Of a stretch of DNA of 64,000 bases, positions 18,081 to 32,997 are shown in pieces. A program made the translations under genes and the position numbers. Positions within the stretch are counted from its first letter, which is position 1. The number at the start of each line of letters is the position of its first letter. A model generated the notes under the pieces. That model ran no database searches. It saw only the letters and a program-made list of their open reading frames with translations, and had not been told where the DNA came from. Source of the DNA: the human T2T-CHM13v2.0 reference genome, Homo sapiens. The stretch is from the NCBI RefSeq assembly GCF_009914755.1, contig NC_060925.1; one strand, given 5' to 3'.

Positions 18081-20558
18081 AATCAGGTAGTATGATTCCT
18101 CCTATTTTATACTTTTTCAAAATTGTTTTTAATATTTTGGTTCCTTTTTCTTTCCTTGTAAATTTTAGAATCAGCTTATCTATACCTGAGATTTTGATTG
18201 GAGTTGTGTTATATATATAGATAATTTTGAGGAAAGTTGATGCTTTAGTCCATGAACATGGTGTATCTCCCCATTTATTTAGGTTTTCTTTTATTTCTTC
18301 AACAGTGTTATAATTTTCAGTATACAGGATCTGTACATGTTCTGTTAATTTTATACCTAAGTATTTCACTTATTTTGAGAGCTATTATAAATGTTTTCCC
18401 CAGTTTTTGTATTTTAATTGCTAGTATATAGAAATTGGTGTTTTTTTGAACTACCTAACTTCACTTATCCATTCTAGGGGGTGTTTTGTTGGTTTCTTTT
18501 GTGATTTTCTGTATCAGTAATGTTGTCTGCGTTAGTACATGCAAATGGATATCTGTTTTCATGAGATATTGGTCTGTAGTTTTCTTGTATTGTCTTTGGT
18601 TTTTATACTGGATAATCCTGGCCTCATAAAATAAATCTGAATATATTGCCCGCTTTGCTGTTTTCTGGGAAAGATTATGTAGAATTGTATTTCCTTTTTA
18701 TTTATTTTTGTTGTTTGTGTGGATCTTTATTTTCTTAGTTTTTTTAATTAAGTAAAATTGCATATATGGTGTACAACATGTTTCAATATATGTATACACT
18801 GTAGCATGTATAAGTCAAGCTATTTAGCATATGCATTACCTCACATATTTGTTATTTTTTTGTGGTGAAAACACTTAAAATCTACTCTCCTGGCAATTTT
18901 TAAGTATACAATATGTCACTATTAACTGTAGTTACCAAGATGTATAGCAGATCTCTTGAACTTACTCCTCCTGTCTACTGAAATTTTGTGTCCTTTGACC
19001 AACATCTGCCCAATCCCTCCACCTCCTAGCCTCTGGTAACTACTATTTCACTCTGCTTTTTTAGATTCCACATGTAAGTGAGATCATGTGTTATTCCTCT
19101 TTCTGTATCTGGCTTCTTTCATGTAACATAATGTCCTCCTGGTTCATCCATTTTGTCACAAATTACAAGATTTCCTTCTTTTTAAAGGTTGAATATTGTT
19201 ACATTGTGTATATATACCACGTTTTCTTTATTTGTTTATTGATGTACACTTTGTACAGGTTGATACTGTCCTAATAAAATGAGTTGGAAGTATTCGCTCA
19301 TCTATTTTCTGGAAAAGGTTACATAAAATCAGGTTATTTTTCAGGGAGAGAAGTTAATTTTTAAAATGTTTGATATTACCTTATAAAACTATCTGGGCCT
19401 GGAGACTTTTTTCCAGAAGAATTTAAATTATAAAATCAATTGCTTTAGTAGATATAAGATTATTCAAATCAGCTATTTTATCTTAGTCTTGGTATTTTGT
19501 GGTTTTTGAGGAAGTGACTCATTTAAGTTATCAAATGAGGAATTGGTTCACTTCATCTAAGTTGTCAACTATATGTATAACATTGTTTATAGTATTCCCT
19601 TATTATCCTTTTGTTATCTGCAGGGTCTGCAATGATAATCTCCTATTACATTTCTGATATTGGCAGTTTGTCTTCTCCCCTTTTCATTAGTCTTACTAGA
19701 GATTTATCCATTTTATTGAACTTCCCATTCCTAGAGAATAAGCTTTTGGTGTCACTGGTTTTATCTCTTGTCTTTCTGTTTTCAAGTTCGTTGATTTCTT
19801 TCTTTTATTTTCTTTGGGTTTATTTTTGCTTTCTTTTTCTATTTCTTTAAGATGGAAGTTTACTTTATTGATTTGAGACCTTTCTTTTCTAATATAAGCA
19901 TTGATGCTATGAGTCTCTACATATCACTTTAGCTGCATTTCACAAATTTGAACATATTGTATTTTCATTTTCATTCAGTTCAAATATTTTATAGTTTATT
20001 TTGAGATATTATCTTTCACCCATGAATTATTTGGAAGTGTGTTGTTTAATTTCCAAGTGTTTGGAAATTTTCATGTTAACTTCCTGTTACGTCTTTCCAG
20101 TATAGTATGGTCTTAGAACACAGTATGATTTCAGTTCTTTAAATTTGTTAAGGTTTGTTTTGTCAACACAGGATGTGGTCTAGCTTGGTAAATGTCCATG
20201 TGTCTTTGAAAAAAACATGTATTCTGTTGTTTGGTGGAGTTTCTATAAATGTCAGATCCAATTGATTAGTGGTATTGTTCAGTTCTTCTGATCCTTGCTA
20301 TCTACCGATTTTGTTGATTACTGAGAAGAACACTGAAGTCTGTAACTGTAATCTTGGATTTTGTCTATTTCTCCTTTCATTCTGTCAGTTTTTCTGTTGT
20401 GCATTTTGAAGCTCTATTGTTAGGTGTTATCCATTTAGGATTCTTACATGTCTTGGTGAATTGACCCTTTTATCATTATGAAATGTCTTTATTCACAATT
20501 ACTTTTTTTGCACTGAAGTGTACATAATGCACTGATATCAGTATAGCCATTCCAGTTT

Positions 20559-20560
<2 letters not shown>

Positions 20561-20603
<43 letters not shown>
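20561..20603. repeat. (TG)n-(CG)n microsatellite
   Basis: Direct reading. Confidence 0.95.
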
Positions 20604-20689
20604 CTTGCCTGGTATATTTTTTTCCATCCTTCTAACCTACCTGTGTCATTATATTTGAAGTAAGTTTCTTGAGACAGCATATAGTTTGA

Positions 20690-21017
<328 letters not shown>

Positions 21018-21184
21018 TAATCCACTCTGACAATCTGAATTTTAATTAGTATGGTTTGGACTATTTATGTTTAATGTGATTATATATATGTTTTTATTTT
21101 AGATCTGCCATTTTATTTTTCTGTTTGTTCCCCTGATTTTCATTCATCTGCCTCCTCTTTCTTGCCTTCTCTTAGGTTATTTGA

Positions 21185-21491
<307 letters not shown>

Positions 21492-23109
21492 CTGTGTTTT
21501 TATTATATCTATTTGTATAGTGTTTTTAGTGGTTGCTTTAGGAATTACACTTGTCATTCTTGACTTTTACAATGTACTTAGTCAGCATTTTACCACTTTG
21601 GAATGTCAGTGTCTTACCCTACTATTTAGATCTTTTTACCCCTTCCTTTTTCCTTTATGCCATCCTTGTCTTATATATTACACCTGCATATAATTTATGA
21701 TGTTAGTTTTTGCTTTCCATCTTCAAGAATATTCTTTAAAAGTTCAAGAGAATAGTTGTTATATATACCCAGATATTTATCATTTCTGTTGGTCTTTCTT
21801 TTTCTGATATTCCAAGTTTCCTTCTGATATCTCCTTTCTGTCCAAAGAACTTCCTTTAACAATTATTTTTGAGTAGGTATGCTGACCATGAATTCTGTTT
21901 TCTTTATTGAGAATATATTTATTACTTCATTCTTGAAGGATATTTTGGCTGTATATAGAAACCTGGGTTCCCATTTCTTCTCTTTTAGCACTTTAACAGT
22001 TTCATTCTTCTCCTTTCTGCCCTTCATGGTTTCTGATGCAAAATCCACAGTAATTGAAATTGTTCTTCCTTTATAAGTAATGTGTTATTTTTCTTTGGCT
22101 ACATTCAAGATAGTTCTTTGTCTTTAGTTTTCAGCAACTTGAGTAGAACCTGTCTGGGCATGGATTTCTTTAGGTTTATCCAGTTTGGGTTTTGGTGAAC
22201 TTCTTGAATCTGTAGATTTATGTCTTTCACCAAATTTTGGATGTTTTCAGCCATATTTCTTCAAATTATTTTTCTGCATTATATTCTTTCTGTTCTCCTT
22301 GTGAGACTCTGATGACACAAATGTTATATCTTTTGGTATTGTTCCACAGTCCCTGAGGCTCTGTTTTGAGTTTTTTGTTTGGTTGTTTTTTTTGTTTTTT
22401 TCCCCCCAATCTTTTTTTCTCTTTTGTTTAGATTTTATCATTTCTAGGGATCTGTCTTCAAGTTCATGCATTCTTTCATTTCTGTTCTGCTATTGAAAAG
22501 ACAGCCAGGGATCTCAATATTCATTATAAAAACTTTCATTTGATTCCTTAATAATTTTTTATTATGATTGCTCCATCCTCAGTTTTACCCTCCAGAATAT
22601 TTCTGGTCTTCTGACAGATAGAAGAGATGTAGTTGCCTGAGTTCTTGGAATAGGGGAGAGTATCTGGAGATCTAAGTCCTGCTTACACAGACTTTCAGCC
22701 AGTGTGCTTGTTTTCATTCCCATTTTACCCCCTCAATTCCAAAAACCTTTTAGTACAAATTTCTGAGTTTTTGAGGTATATATTGTATAGATTTGGGTTG
22801 CTTCTCAATTTTTTCACTACAAGCTCAGGATTCCACTTTCTCAGGACTGCTTAATCGGTTGTCACTTGTCTGCTTTCCTGTACCCAGAAAGTAGATGGTG
22901 CTTTCTCCTCTTCTGTTCTCTTTGACTATAAAGATTATATCCTAAATCTCTTTATTATTTTGGTGGCATTTCAGAAGGGAAATTAATAAATTGTGAATTC
23001 AAACTGTCATCTTTACCTGGAGTCAGGAAAAAACTATAAAACCTAAATTTTATGTGCTCATATAGGAACTATAAATGATAGTTTTTCTTTGTCTTCTGTT
23101 ACATTTTAG

Positions 23110-23292
23110 GATAAGATCCCCACTGGAATGCCATGCCTGGAGTCAGTGACCATAGGTGATGATATTTGGGATGAGAACTGGTTACCTCTACAGGCTAAGA
23201 TGGGAAAAGGAGGTGATGCTGCCTCCCATCTATTTACTGCAAGCCTTGGTGGAAAGAATCAGTATTCATCATGTAAAGAAATGCCACAGAAG
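23110..23292 (+). CDS. TDRD5: TDRD5 coding exon ([10 protein letters not shown]...KEMPQK)
   Basis: ttttag| ... |gttaga; 183 nt, phase 0-0. Confidence 0.92.
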
Positions 23293-23296
23293 GTTA

Positions 23297-23610
<314 letters not shown>

Positions 23611-24353
23611 ATAGGAAAAGAAAGCAAATCAGTACTGAGAAAAGGAAATTTAAATTTAATTGTCTAGGTCCAAGAAAGCTATATATTCTGGAATTCAAAA
23701 GTATTTATCAGGCCATAATTCAAAGAATACATGATTTTAAAAAATGGCAGTGACATGTAGTGGGACAGAGGATTCATCATGGGACAATAAACCATAGGCC
23801 AATTTTTGCATATCTGCCCTTTTAATCATTGTGATTTTTGTTTTATCATTGGCCCCTAGTCAAGGCCCTTAGGATCTATAAATAAATGAAAGAAACCATT
23901 TTCTCTAATTCTACTGTTGTTGCTTTAGCCTTGTAATATAACCCCTGGATTTCTGGAGTCAGCATATTTGCTAATATTAGGCCTAACTATATATATTTGA
24001 AATTTATTTTCCACTGGCTATAAGAATAAGTATCTGAAATTATGTTGCTCCTTCATGTTTGTGCTATTTAAGTACTAGGTGATCATGAAAAAAATCATCT
24101 AGCCATGAAAAAGATATTAAAGGAAAGACTACAAACAGAGTTGTATTTATTTTTGAGATCCATGTGTTCAGAGTTCAAGATACTGGGTATGGACCAATAA
24201 AGCAAGGAGGAAAGTCAAACTGATATAGAAAGTTAATAAATACCTTTTTTAAAAATATGTATTGCTTTCTTGCATTTATCTTGCCCAAGTTATCCTCTTT
24301 TTGGGTCATGTTGCACTTTATCTCAGTCTGTTGTTGCCATTTTTTCATTATAG

Positions 24354-24497
24354 GACTGGTGTTTTTCTACCCCTAAAGATACATGGGATGATTCTTGGCA
24401 GCCTTCAGGCCTTGTAAATGGAACGAAAGTAGAAGTTCATAAGCCAGAAGTACTGGGTGCTCAGGAAAAAAATACTGGCACAAACAGGACTCAAAAG
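24354..24497 (+). CDS. TDRD5: TDRD5 coding exon (DWCFSTPK...TNRTQK)
   Basis: ttatag| ... |gtaaat; 144 nt open, phase 0-0. Confidence 0.92.
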
Positions 24498-25299
24498 GTA
24501 AATGTCTAATGCAGGTTATTGGGACAGGTTTGCATAAGGAAGTCCTTTCATTTTTAGAAAGCAAAATTGTCTCAATTTACATATTTTGATATTGCCTGTC
24601 TCTTAACAGCTTGCTGTAGCTGTTACTGTTGATGATAAATTTGACTTTCTGGGCTTTGTACTAGAGTTATGAGTGGATTTGCACCCCAGAATACTTGTGG
24701 TTAATGACCTCTCTCAGCAGTTGTAGAATACATATACATAAAATATATGTTGATTTTAAAATGAAAACATAATTACTTATTGCTTCAGAAGAGAATCCTG
24801 AGCCTAGAATTTTAAAAATGATTAAACCTCTCTTAGAGATACAGAAAATTGGGATTTTCCTGTAACTTAGTCATAATTTTAAGCTCTATATTTGTCGCAT
24901 AGTCTAGACTGGTTTCTTCATTCACATTGCTTTGGCAGAAAGCAGTAATCCTGGCATAGAATCTAATTGTTTCAGGTTTCCTGAATATATTACGAGCATC
25001 CTGAAAGCAGCAGGACAATGTCTGTGAATCACGAAATTTGGCTGCCAGGCCTCTTTACTTTGGTGTGTTACATTGAAAATAAAGAGCTTAAGTCTAGAAG
25101 ACTTGTTCAAAAGCAGATCTAGGGAAGATGAACCTTCTAAGTGACACATTTCCTTCAGACTGTGGTTACTTTTGTATGAGAATGATAAAGTCATTCTGTA
25201 TTTCATAGAATGGTCTCTTCCAGAAATGTAGCTTACTTAATGCATGAATTTAGTTTCAGGATAAAGTAGGCTTTTATATTTTGTTTCTCTTGTCTTTTT

Positions 25300-26690
25300 T
25301 TTTAAATACAGCTTTATTGGAATATAATTGATATACCATTATAATTCACTATTTAAAATGCACAATTCAATGTTTTTAGGATACACAGCTGTGCAGCTAT
25401 CACTACAGTCTATTTTAGAATATTTTCATCACGCTCTCAAAAAAAACCACCCATGACCATTAGCAGTCATACTCCTTCCCTGTCCTCTCACAGCCTTAGG
25501 CAGCTACTTACTAATCTGCTTTCTGTCTCTACAGATTTGTCTGTTAAATGGCACACAGTATGTGGTTTTCTGTGATTGTCTTCTTTCACCTAGCATTAAT
25601 AATGTCTTCAAAATTCATCCTTGTTGTAGTATGAACCAGTACTTTATTCCTTTCTATGGCTGAATAATATTCCCTTCTATGATATACCACATCTTATTTA
25701 TCCATTCATCAGTTGGTGGGAATTTGGGCTGCTTTCACATTTTGGCTATTATGCTGCTAAGAATGTTCAAGTACAAGGTTTTCTGTGAACATGTTTTAGT
25801 TTTTCTTAGATATATAACTAGGAGTGGAGTTTCTGGATCGTATGGTAATTCTGCTTTTAACATTTTGTGGAATTGGCATACTGTCATTCAAAGTGGCTGC
25901 AACATTTTATGTACCCCCCAGCAGTGTATGAGGGTTCCAGTTCTCCATATCTTCACCAACACTTATTGCCTGTTCTTTTGATTATGGCCATGCTAGTGGA
26001 TATGAAGGGTTTTCTTTCCATATCCCTGATGGCTAATGATGTTGGGTGTCTTTTCATGTGCTTATTGGTGATTTATCTTCTCTGACAAGATATTCAGATC
26101 CTTTGCCCATTTTAAAAGTAGGTTGTCTTTTGTTATTCAGATATAAGAAAATATCATATTACAAGTCCCTTATGAGATATATTATTTTCAAATTTTCTAC
26201 TCTTCTGTTTTTCTTTTTCACTTAATGGTGTCCATTGCAGCACAAAAGTTTGTTTTTAATAAAATCCAATCGATTTTTTTATTTGGTTGCTTGAGCTCTT
26301 GGTCTCCCCTAATAAGCCATTGTCTGACCAAAAGTTACAAAGATTTACACTTGTGTTTTCACCTAAGCATTTTATAATTTTAGCTCTTACATTTAGGCCT
26401 TTGATCCATTTTGAGTTAATTTGTTATGGTGTGAGATAGAGTCCATCTTTATTCTTTTGCATGTGGACATTCAGCTGTACCAGCACTAGTTGTTGAAACG
26501 ATGATTCTTTCCCCATGAATTGTCTTGGCATCCTTATTGAAAATCAGCTGACATAAAGATAGGGTTTATTTCTGGATTCTTAATCCTATTCTCTATGTGT
26601 CTGTTCCTATACCAGCGTCACATTGTCTTGATTACTCTAGCTATTTAATAAGTTTTGAAGTCAGGAAATCTGAGTCCTCAAACTTTTTCT
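25300..26690 (-). mobile_element. L1M(B)-type 3' fragment
   Basis: Typical L1MB 3' end (cagctttattg...ataattcactatttaaaatgcacaattc). Confidence 0.75.
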
Positions 26691-28008
26691 GTCATGTAGT
26701 TTTATACTATTAATTTATACCCCACGAAGAGAAGTTACAAAGGTAAAATCTTTACTGTATCATAATGAACTCCTTAAGGTATATTTCTTAAGAAAGTTTT
26801 CTTTTTCTACCCCTTTTTCTATTCCTATTCTAAAGCAACCTGTACTTACCATGCAGGTTGAATATCCCTTATTCAAAAGGCTTGGGACTGGAAGTATGCT
26901 TAGGATACAGTCCTCTCCTGCTGTCTGTATCTTCAGCCTCTTTCTACTGGAGTGTTCTCATAAGCATTTAAACATGTTAGTGTACCTTCCGTCTAAACAA
27001 AATTTAAACATTCCAAATTTTTTTAATCCCAAAGTCCTCTCTAGCTACCACACTTGTTTTTCATCCCCTATGTAGACAAACATGTTTTGCTTTTGAAAAT
27101 TATGAAAGTACTACATATGCAGGATTTTAAAATTCAAGTAGTTCTGAAAGTTACGGAAATAAGATATCCTTGCCTCTTCTAATCCAACTCCCATCATAAG
27201 CAGTTTCTTGTGTATCCTTCCTAGAAACTAAACACATACATGAGAACATGATACACATACTGTTCAGCACCTTTCCATTTCAATACTTACAAACCTACCT
27301 CATTGCTTTAAACTCCTGCAGAGTATGGATATGCCACACTGATTTAAATAGTTCTGATGAATATCTATTTTTAAGATTTCATGTGACTTTAAACAATACT
27401 ACAGTGATTATCCTTCAAGTCACCATCTATTCCCATGTTGCTAAATTAGGTTGGCATGTTTTAACCTTACAGTACCTGATTGCTCAGCAATATTTGAAAG
27501 TAATCTTGTGTTCCTTCTTGAAACATAATCTTCCTTTGGGTTTTGTGATGCCATGATCTTTTTTCCTCCTACCTCCCGACGTAATTTGTAGGCTTGCTCC
27601 CTGTGGTGTCTCCCAGAGTTCTGCCCTATGCCGTTTTCTTACTCCTTCCCATGTTTTCATTTATCTTAGTATGTAACTAGATAAGCATATGGCAACCCTA
27701 TGTTTAACATTTTGAGGAACTACCAGGATATTTTCCAGAGCAGTGGTGCCATTTTACATTCCTACCAACAATTTAAGAGTACTCCAGTTTGTCCATGTCA
27801 ACATTTGCTGTTCTTGCCAACAATTGTAATCATGTCTTTTTTATTATAGCCATTCTAGTGGATGTGAAGTGATTTGGGGCATTTGTTCATGTTTCATAAA
27901 TCATGAACATGTTTGTTGAGACTAACCTGTAGTTCCATCTTGGTGTATTTCCAAACAACTGTGAGGGAGTCAGTCATTTATAACTACAGAAGAATAAATC
28001 TGGTAGAG

Positions 28009-28175
28009 CAGTGCTTCTCAAACTATAATGTGTATACAGGTCACCTGGGAATCTTGTTAAAATGCAGATTCTTATCCAGCATATCTGGGGTAGGGACCAA
28101 AGCTCTTCATGTCTAGCAAGCTTCCAACTAATGCTGATGCTGCTGATGAGTGAACACCACTTTTGAGTAGTAAGG
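28009..28175. mobile_element. MER5-type hAT-Charlie MITE
   Basis: cagtgcttctcaaact...cacctgggaatcttgttaaaatgcagattc...cacttttgagtag. Confidence 0.75.
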
Positions 28176-29749
28176 CTCTAGGTTACTGTTAGAAGGGGAA
28201 GACTTATTTTCAACTAATTGCTTAAATTTACTACACATACTTGCTTTCAGATGTGATACAAATTTAAAGTGAAATTCAGAGTGAAAGCTATCAGGATGCA
28301 TTTAAATATGTGTCAACAGTGCATCTTTCTTAAATCATATTTGTCAAGAAAGAAGATATAGCTTTTTAAAAATGTTTCTGTATATTATCTATTAAACAGC
28401 TAAACATAGGCAGTAGGGCATAATGTAAAAAGCACTGGTCTGTGAGTGCTATAATCTAGGGCCTAGTCTTTACCACTGACTAGCAAGTTTAAACAAGTTA
28501 CCTTTTGTGCCCTGAGCTTGTCCACCTGTGAAGACTGATTTGAACTAGTAATCTCCCCAGCTTAAAAAATTTATGATATTAATATTGATTTACTTATTAT
28601 TGCAGCTTATTGAAAGAATTCACTCATTCTCAGCCTCATTTTAAGTGAAGATAAACTTAAAAGGTAGTTCAAGTATACATGTGAATTGCATAAACTATGC
28701 AAAAATTTGAGTCCAGGTCTTTGGTTTCCTGAAATAACATCTTGTATGGCCCAGTATAGCTATCTGGAGTTTTAGAATTTCTTTTTTGCAACCAAGAAAG
28801 GTTATACACACAGGCATTTATATATTATATAATTATATAAGCCACATTCATGCCAGCCATCTTTGAAAGTGAGCAGCTATAGATTTTTGCCACAGAAGGA
28901 ACATTTGCTGATATTAAATGTGTGATGCATATGAGCCAGAAAAACAAGCCTACATCTGTTTGTACAATTATTGTTTCAGTTTGCTCTAGGCAGATCCCAG
29001 ACGATAAACCACTTAGTTCAGCTTGTTACAGCTTGGTCTGATGGGGTCCTCTTTACTCATGTTAATGCCAGTTGACATCACCAAAGATCAATGCTATTAA
29101 ATGACCATAGAGTACACTTACTTCAGCAATGACTATATGGTAGGAAATGGGGTCTAATTCATAATGGTTAAAATTTGGCACTCCCTTCATTTAAGCTCAA
29201 GTTCAATCTCAGTTTGGAAGTTCATCTTTTTCTCTCAAACCCTGGCCTTTTTGTCCCTTCTGAGGAGCATGCAGCTCTTGCCTCCTTTCATGGCTAGCTG
29301 CACACACACAGTTTCCCTGACTGAGGACTGAGTGCCCCTTAGGGACAGGGATCCTGTCTGACTGGGAGGTGGTGTGGTAGAGCACAGAGAACATAGACTG
29401 GCTTAAGTTCAAATCTGCACCCTGCCATTTACTGATGGACATTGGATAACTTAACCACTCTGTAAAAGCATTATGCTAAGTGAAAGAAGACGTAGTATCA
29501 CCTACCTAGGACACCTGTTCTGATGTTCAAATGAAGAAACACATGCAGATAACCTAGCACTGTGCCCGACACGGGGTGCTCAGTGAACATCACTTCTCTC
29601 GTGCCCTGCCCCTCTTTCCCAGCCTGTGTATGGTAGCACTCAGTGCCCTGTTTGCTTATGGGATGTGTTCCATAAATGTTTCTTGAATTGAATTTATGTT
29701 CATTAGGATAGAGAAGGACTTGCTTTTTCTAGAGAGTATCTAGGTTCTT

Positions 29750-30049
29750 TTTTTTTTTTTTTTTTTGTGATGGAGTCTCGCTCTGTCGCCCAGGCTGGAG
29801 TGCGGTGGCGCAACCTCGGCTCACTGCAACCTGCGCCTCCCAGGTTCACGCCATTCTCCTGCCTCAGCTTCCTGAGTAGCTGGGACTACAGGCGCCTGCC
29901 ACCACGCCCAGCTAATTTTTTTTGTGTTTTTAGTAGAGACGGGGTTTCACCATGTTGGCCAGGATGGTCTCGATCTCCTGACCTCGTGATCCGCCCGCCT
30001 CGGCCTCCCAAAGTGCTAGGATTACAGGCGTGAGCCACCGCGCCCGGCT
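29750..30049 (-). mobile_element. AluSc/Y-like
   Basis: Reverse Alu; 18-bp TSD gagagtatctaggttctt. Confidence 0.93.
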
Positions 30050-30199
30050 GAGAGTATCTAGGTTCTTGAAAGTGAGTAGTTTTATTTATTTATTATAATA
30101 TGGAAATATTTGTATTTTGCTTATAAGTAAGGAAATAGGGCTTAATTATTCTTATACTAACACTTTTCATGTTTTTGCCCCATTTTTCCCATTCTGCAG

Positions 30200-30410
30200 C
30201 AACTAGACATAAATGGTTCTTCAGATTCTTCCACACTGCCCAAATTGGAAGAATTCTGTACCTCTCTTACCCAGTCAGAGCAGTCAGCAGACGGGAGCCA
30301 GTCTGAACCCAACAACAGTCAGACTCAGCCAAAGCAAATTCAGCTTTCCACAGCAGCACCCTGTTCAACAACTGCAGTGGATGATTCCGCAGAAAAGCCC
30401 TCTGGTTCTG
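30200..30410 (+). CDS. TDRD5: TDRD5 penultimate coding exon (QLDINGSS...EKPSGS), S/Q/T-rich
   Basis: ctgcag| ... |gtatgt; 211 nt, ends in phase 1, matching the last exon. Confidence 0.93.
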
Positions 30411-31115
30411 GTATGTTTGTGTGTACTTGTGCATGCTCACAGTTGACAAACATGATGGTTTGCCATGTTGCTAAAACAAACCTTCATTTATCCCTTGCAA
30501 AATATACCTTGAAACATTACTGACGTTAGCATTTGTGTTAAGTCCTTGTTTTATGTTTGGGCTCAATTGTTCCTTTAACTTTGCCACTCTTCTTTTTTTC
30601 TGCACTTTTGTTTTTTTGCCGGAGGGGTGGGGCGTCCCATTTATATAGAGTAAAATTTGCTGGTTGTCAAGTGTATAGTTCTTTGAGTTTCGACAAATTG
30701 ATAGTCTCGTCATCACAGCCATAATCATGATAACATTTCCATCAGCCTGAAAAGTTTCCTTGTGCCCCTTTGCAGTCAGTCCCATTGCCTACTTGCCTCT
30801 GGCATGTCACTTTCCCTTTTCTAGAATTTCATATAAATGGAATTATGTGTAGTTTTTATGTCTGGCTGGCTTCTTTCACTTATGGTAATATTTTAGAGTT
30901 TCGTTTATGTTGTGCCAGTATCAAAAAGTTGCTCCTATTTATTTGCTGAATAGTATTCAGTTACATGGATATACCACAATTTACCTGTTTACCAGTTAAT
31001 GGACACCTATGTTGTTTCCAGAATTTGACCATTATGAATAAAGCTGCTATGAACATTTGCACATAGCTCTTTCTGTAGACGTATGTTTTTATTTCTATTA
31101 AAGATATACATAAGA

Positions 31116-31412
31116 GGCTGGGCACGATGGCTCACGCCTGTAATCCCAGCACTTTGGGAGGCTGAGGTGGGTGGATCACGAGGTCAGGAGTTCAAGACCA
31201 GCCTGGCCAAGATGATGAAACCCCATCTGTACTAAAAATACAAAAATTAGCCAGACACAGTGTCAGGAGCCTGTAATCCCAGCTACTTGGGGGAGGCTGA
31301 GGCAGGAGAATTGCTTGAACCCAGGCGGCAGAGGTTGCAGTGAGCCGAGATCGTGCCACTACACTCCAGCCTGGGTGACAGAGTGAGACTCCGTCTCAAA
31401 AAAAAAAAAAAA
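31116..31412 (+). mobile_element. AluSg-like
   Basis: Alu consensus + poly(A). Confidence 0.92.
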
Positions 31413-32954
31413 ATTATATATGTACACACACATAGGAGTCGATTTGCTAGGTCATACAGTAACTGCATGTTTAACTTTTTAGAAACTGCCAAAATTTTCT
31501 AAAGTGATTGCACCAATTTGCAGTCCCACCAGCAAGGAATAAAAGTTCCAAGCACTCCACATCCTTGCCAGTAGATGTTATTGTCGATCTTTTTAAATTT
31601 TGCCAGTCTGTTGGGTATGTAGTGGTATATTATTGTAGTTTTAATTTGCATTTTCCTGTTTACCACAATGTTCACCATCTTTTTTGTGTGCTTATTTGCC
31701 ATTCATATATCTTCTTTAGCTAAGTGCCTGTTCAAGTATTTATTTACTTTTTAAATTGGGTTATCTTCTTACCTACCTGTAGAAGTTCTTTGTTCTGTAT
31801 ACACATTCTTTGTCAGGTATAAATATTCCTCCAGTCTGTGGCTTGCCTTTTAGTATCTTTGGAAGAGCAAAAGTTTTCAAGTCCAGTTTATTGATTTTTT
31901 TCTCTTTACAATTTGAGCTTTGTGTATCTTGTTTAGAAATCTTTAACTCAAATAACTAAGATTTTCTCCTACATTTTCTTATAAAATTTTTGTAGTTTTA
32001 AGTCTGAGATCCAATTCAAGTTAATATTTGTATAGGGTATGATGTGAGGATCAATGTTTATTTTGTTTGCATCTGAATGTCCATTTGTTCCAGCACCATT
32101 TGTTGAAAAGACTATCTCCAGTAAATTGCCTTGACACCTTTGCCAAAAGTCAATAGGCTGTATTTGTGAGGATCTGTTTCTAAAATTTCCATTTTGTCCT
32201 CTTGGTCTATATGTCTGTTTTTGTACTACTATCTTAATTACCATGGCTTTATAATAAGTCTTGAAATCACATAATGTTAGTCCTCCAACTTTCTTTTTCT
32301 CAAGTTGTTTTGCTATTATAGGTCCTTTGATTTTCACATAAATTTTAGAATTAGCTTGTCAGTATCTGCACAAAGCCTGCTAAGATTTTGATCTGATTTT
32401 TTAAATTTAAGTTTGTAGATCAATTTGAGGAGAATTCTCATCTTAACAATATTAAGTCTATCCACATACTACATTTTTTGTTTTGCAACAAAGTTTTCAT
32501 TAGAATGTAAGTTGTTCAGTTATACTGTACTTCTTATGTATAATTTTCATAAAATATTTTGTAAAAACCTAGGACAAATTATATGATTTTTAAAATTTAA
32601 AAAATTTACTTCAATAGGTTTTTGGGGAACAGGTGGTGTTTGGTTACTTGAAAGTTCTTTAGTGATGATTTCTGAGATTTCGGTGCACTCATCACCTGAG
32701 TGTATACACTGTACCCAATGTGTAGTTTTTTATCCCTCGAAACCCCCCACCCTTTCTCTTGAGTCCCCAAAGTCCAATGTATCATTTTTATGCCTTTGCG
32801 TCCTCATAGCTTAGCTCCCACCTATGACTGAGAACATACGATATTTGGTTTTCCATTCCTGAATTACTTCACTTAGAATAATAGTCTCGAATTCCATCCA
32901 GGTTGCTGCATATGCCATTATTTCGTTCCTTTTTATGGCTGAGAAATATTCCAT

Positions 32955-32955
<1 letters not shown>

Positions 32956-32994
<39 letters not shown>
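32956..32994. repeat. (TG)n microsatellite
   Basis: Direct reading. Confidence 0.95.
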
Positions 32995-32997
<3 letters not shown>

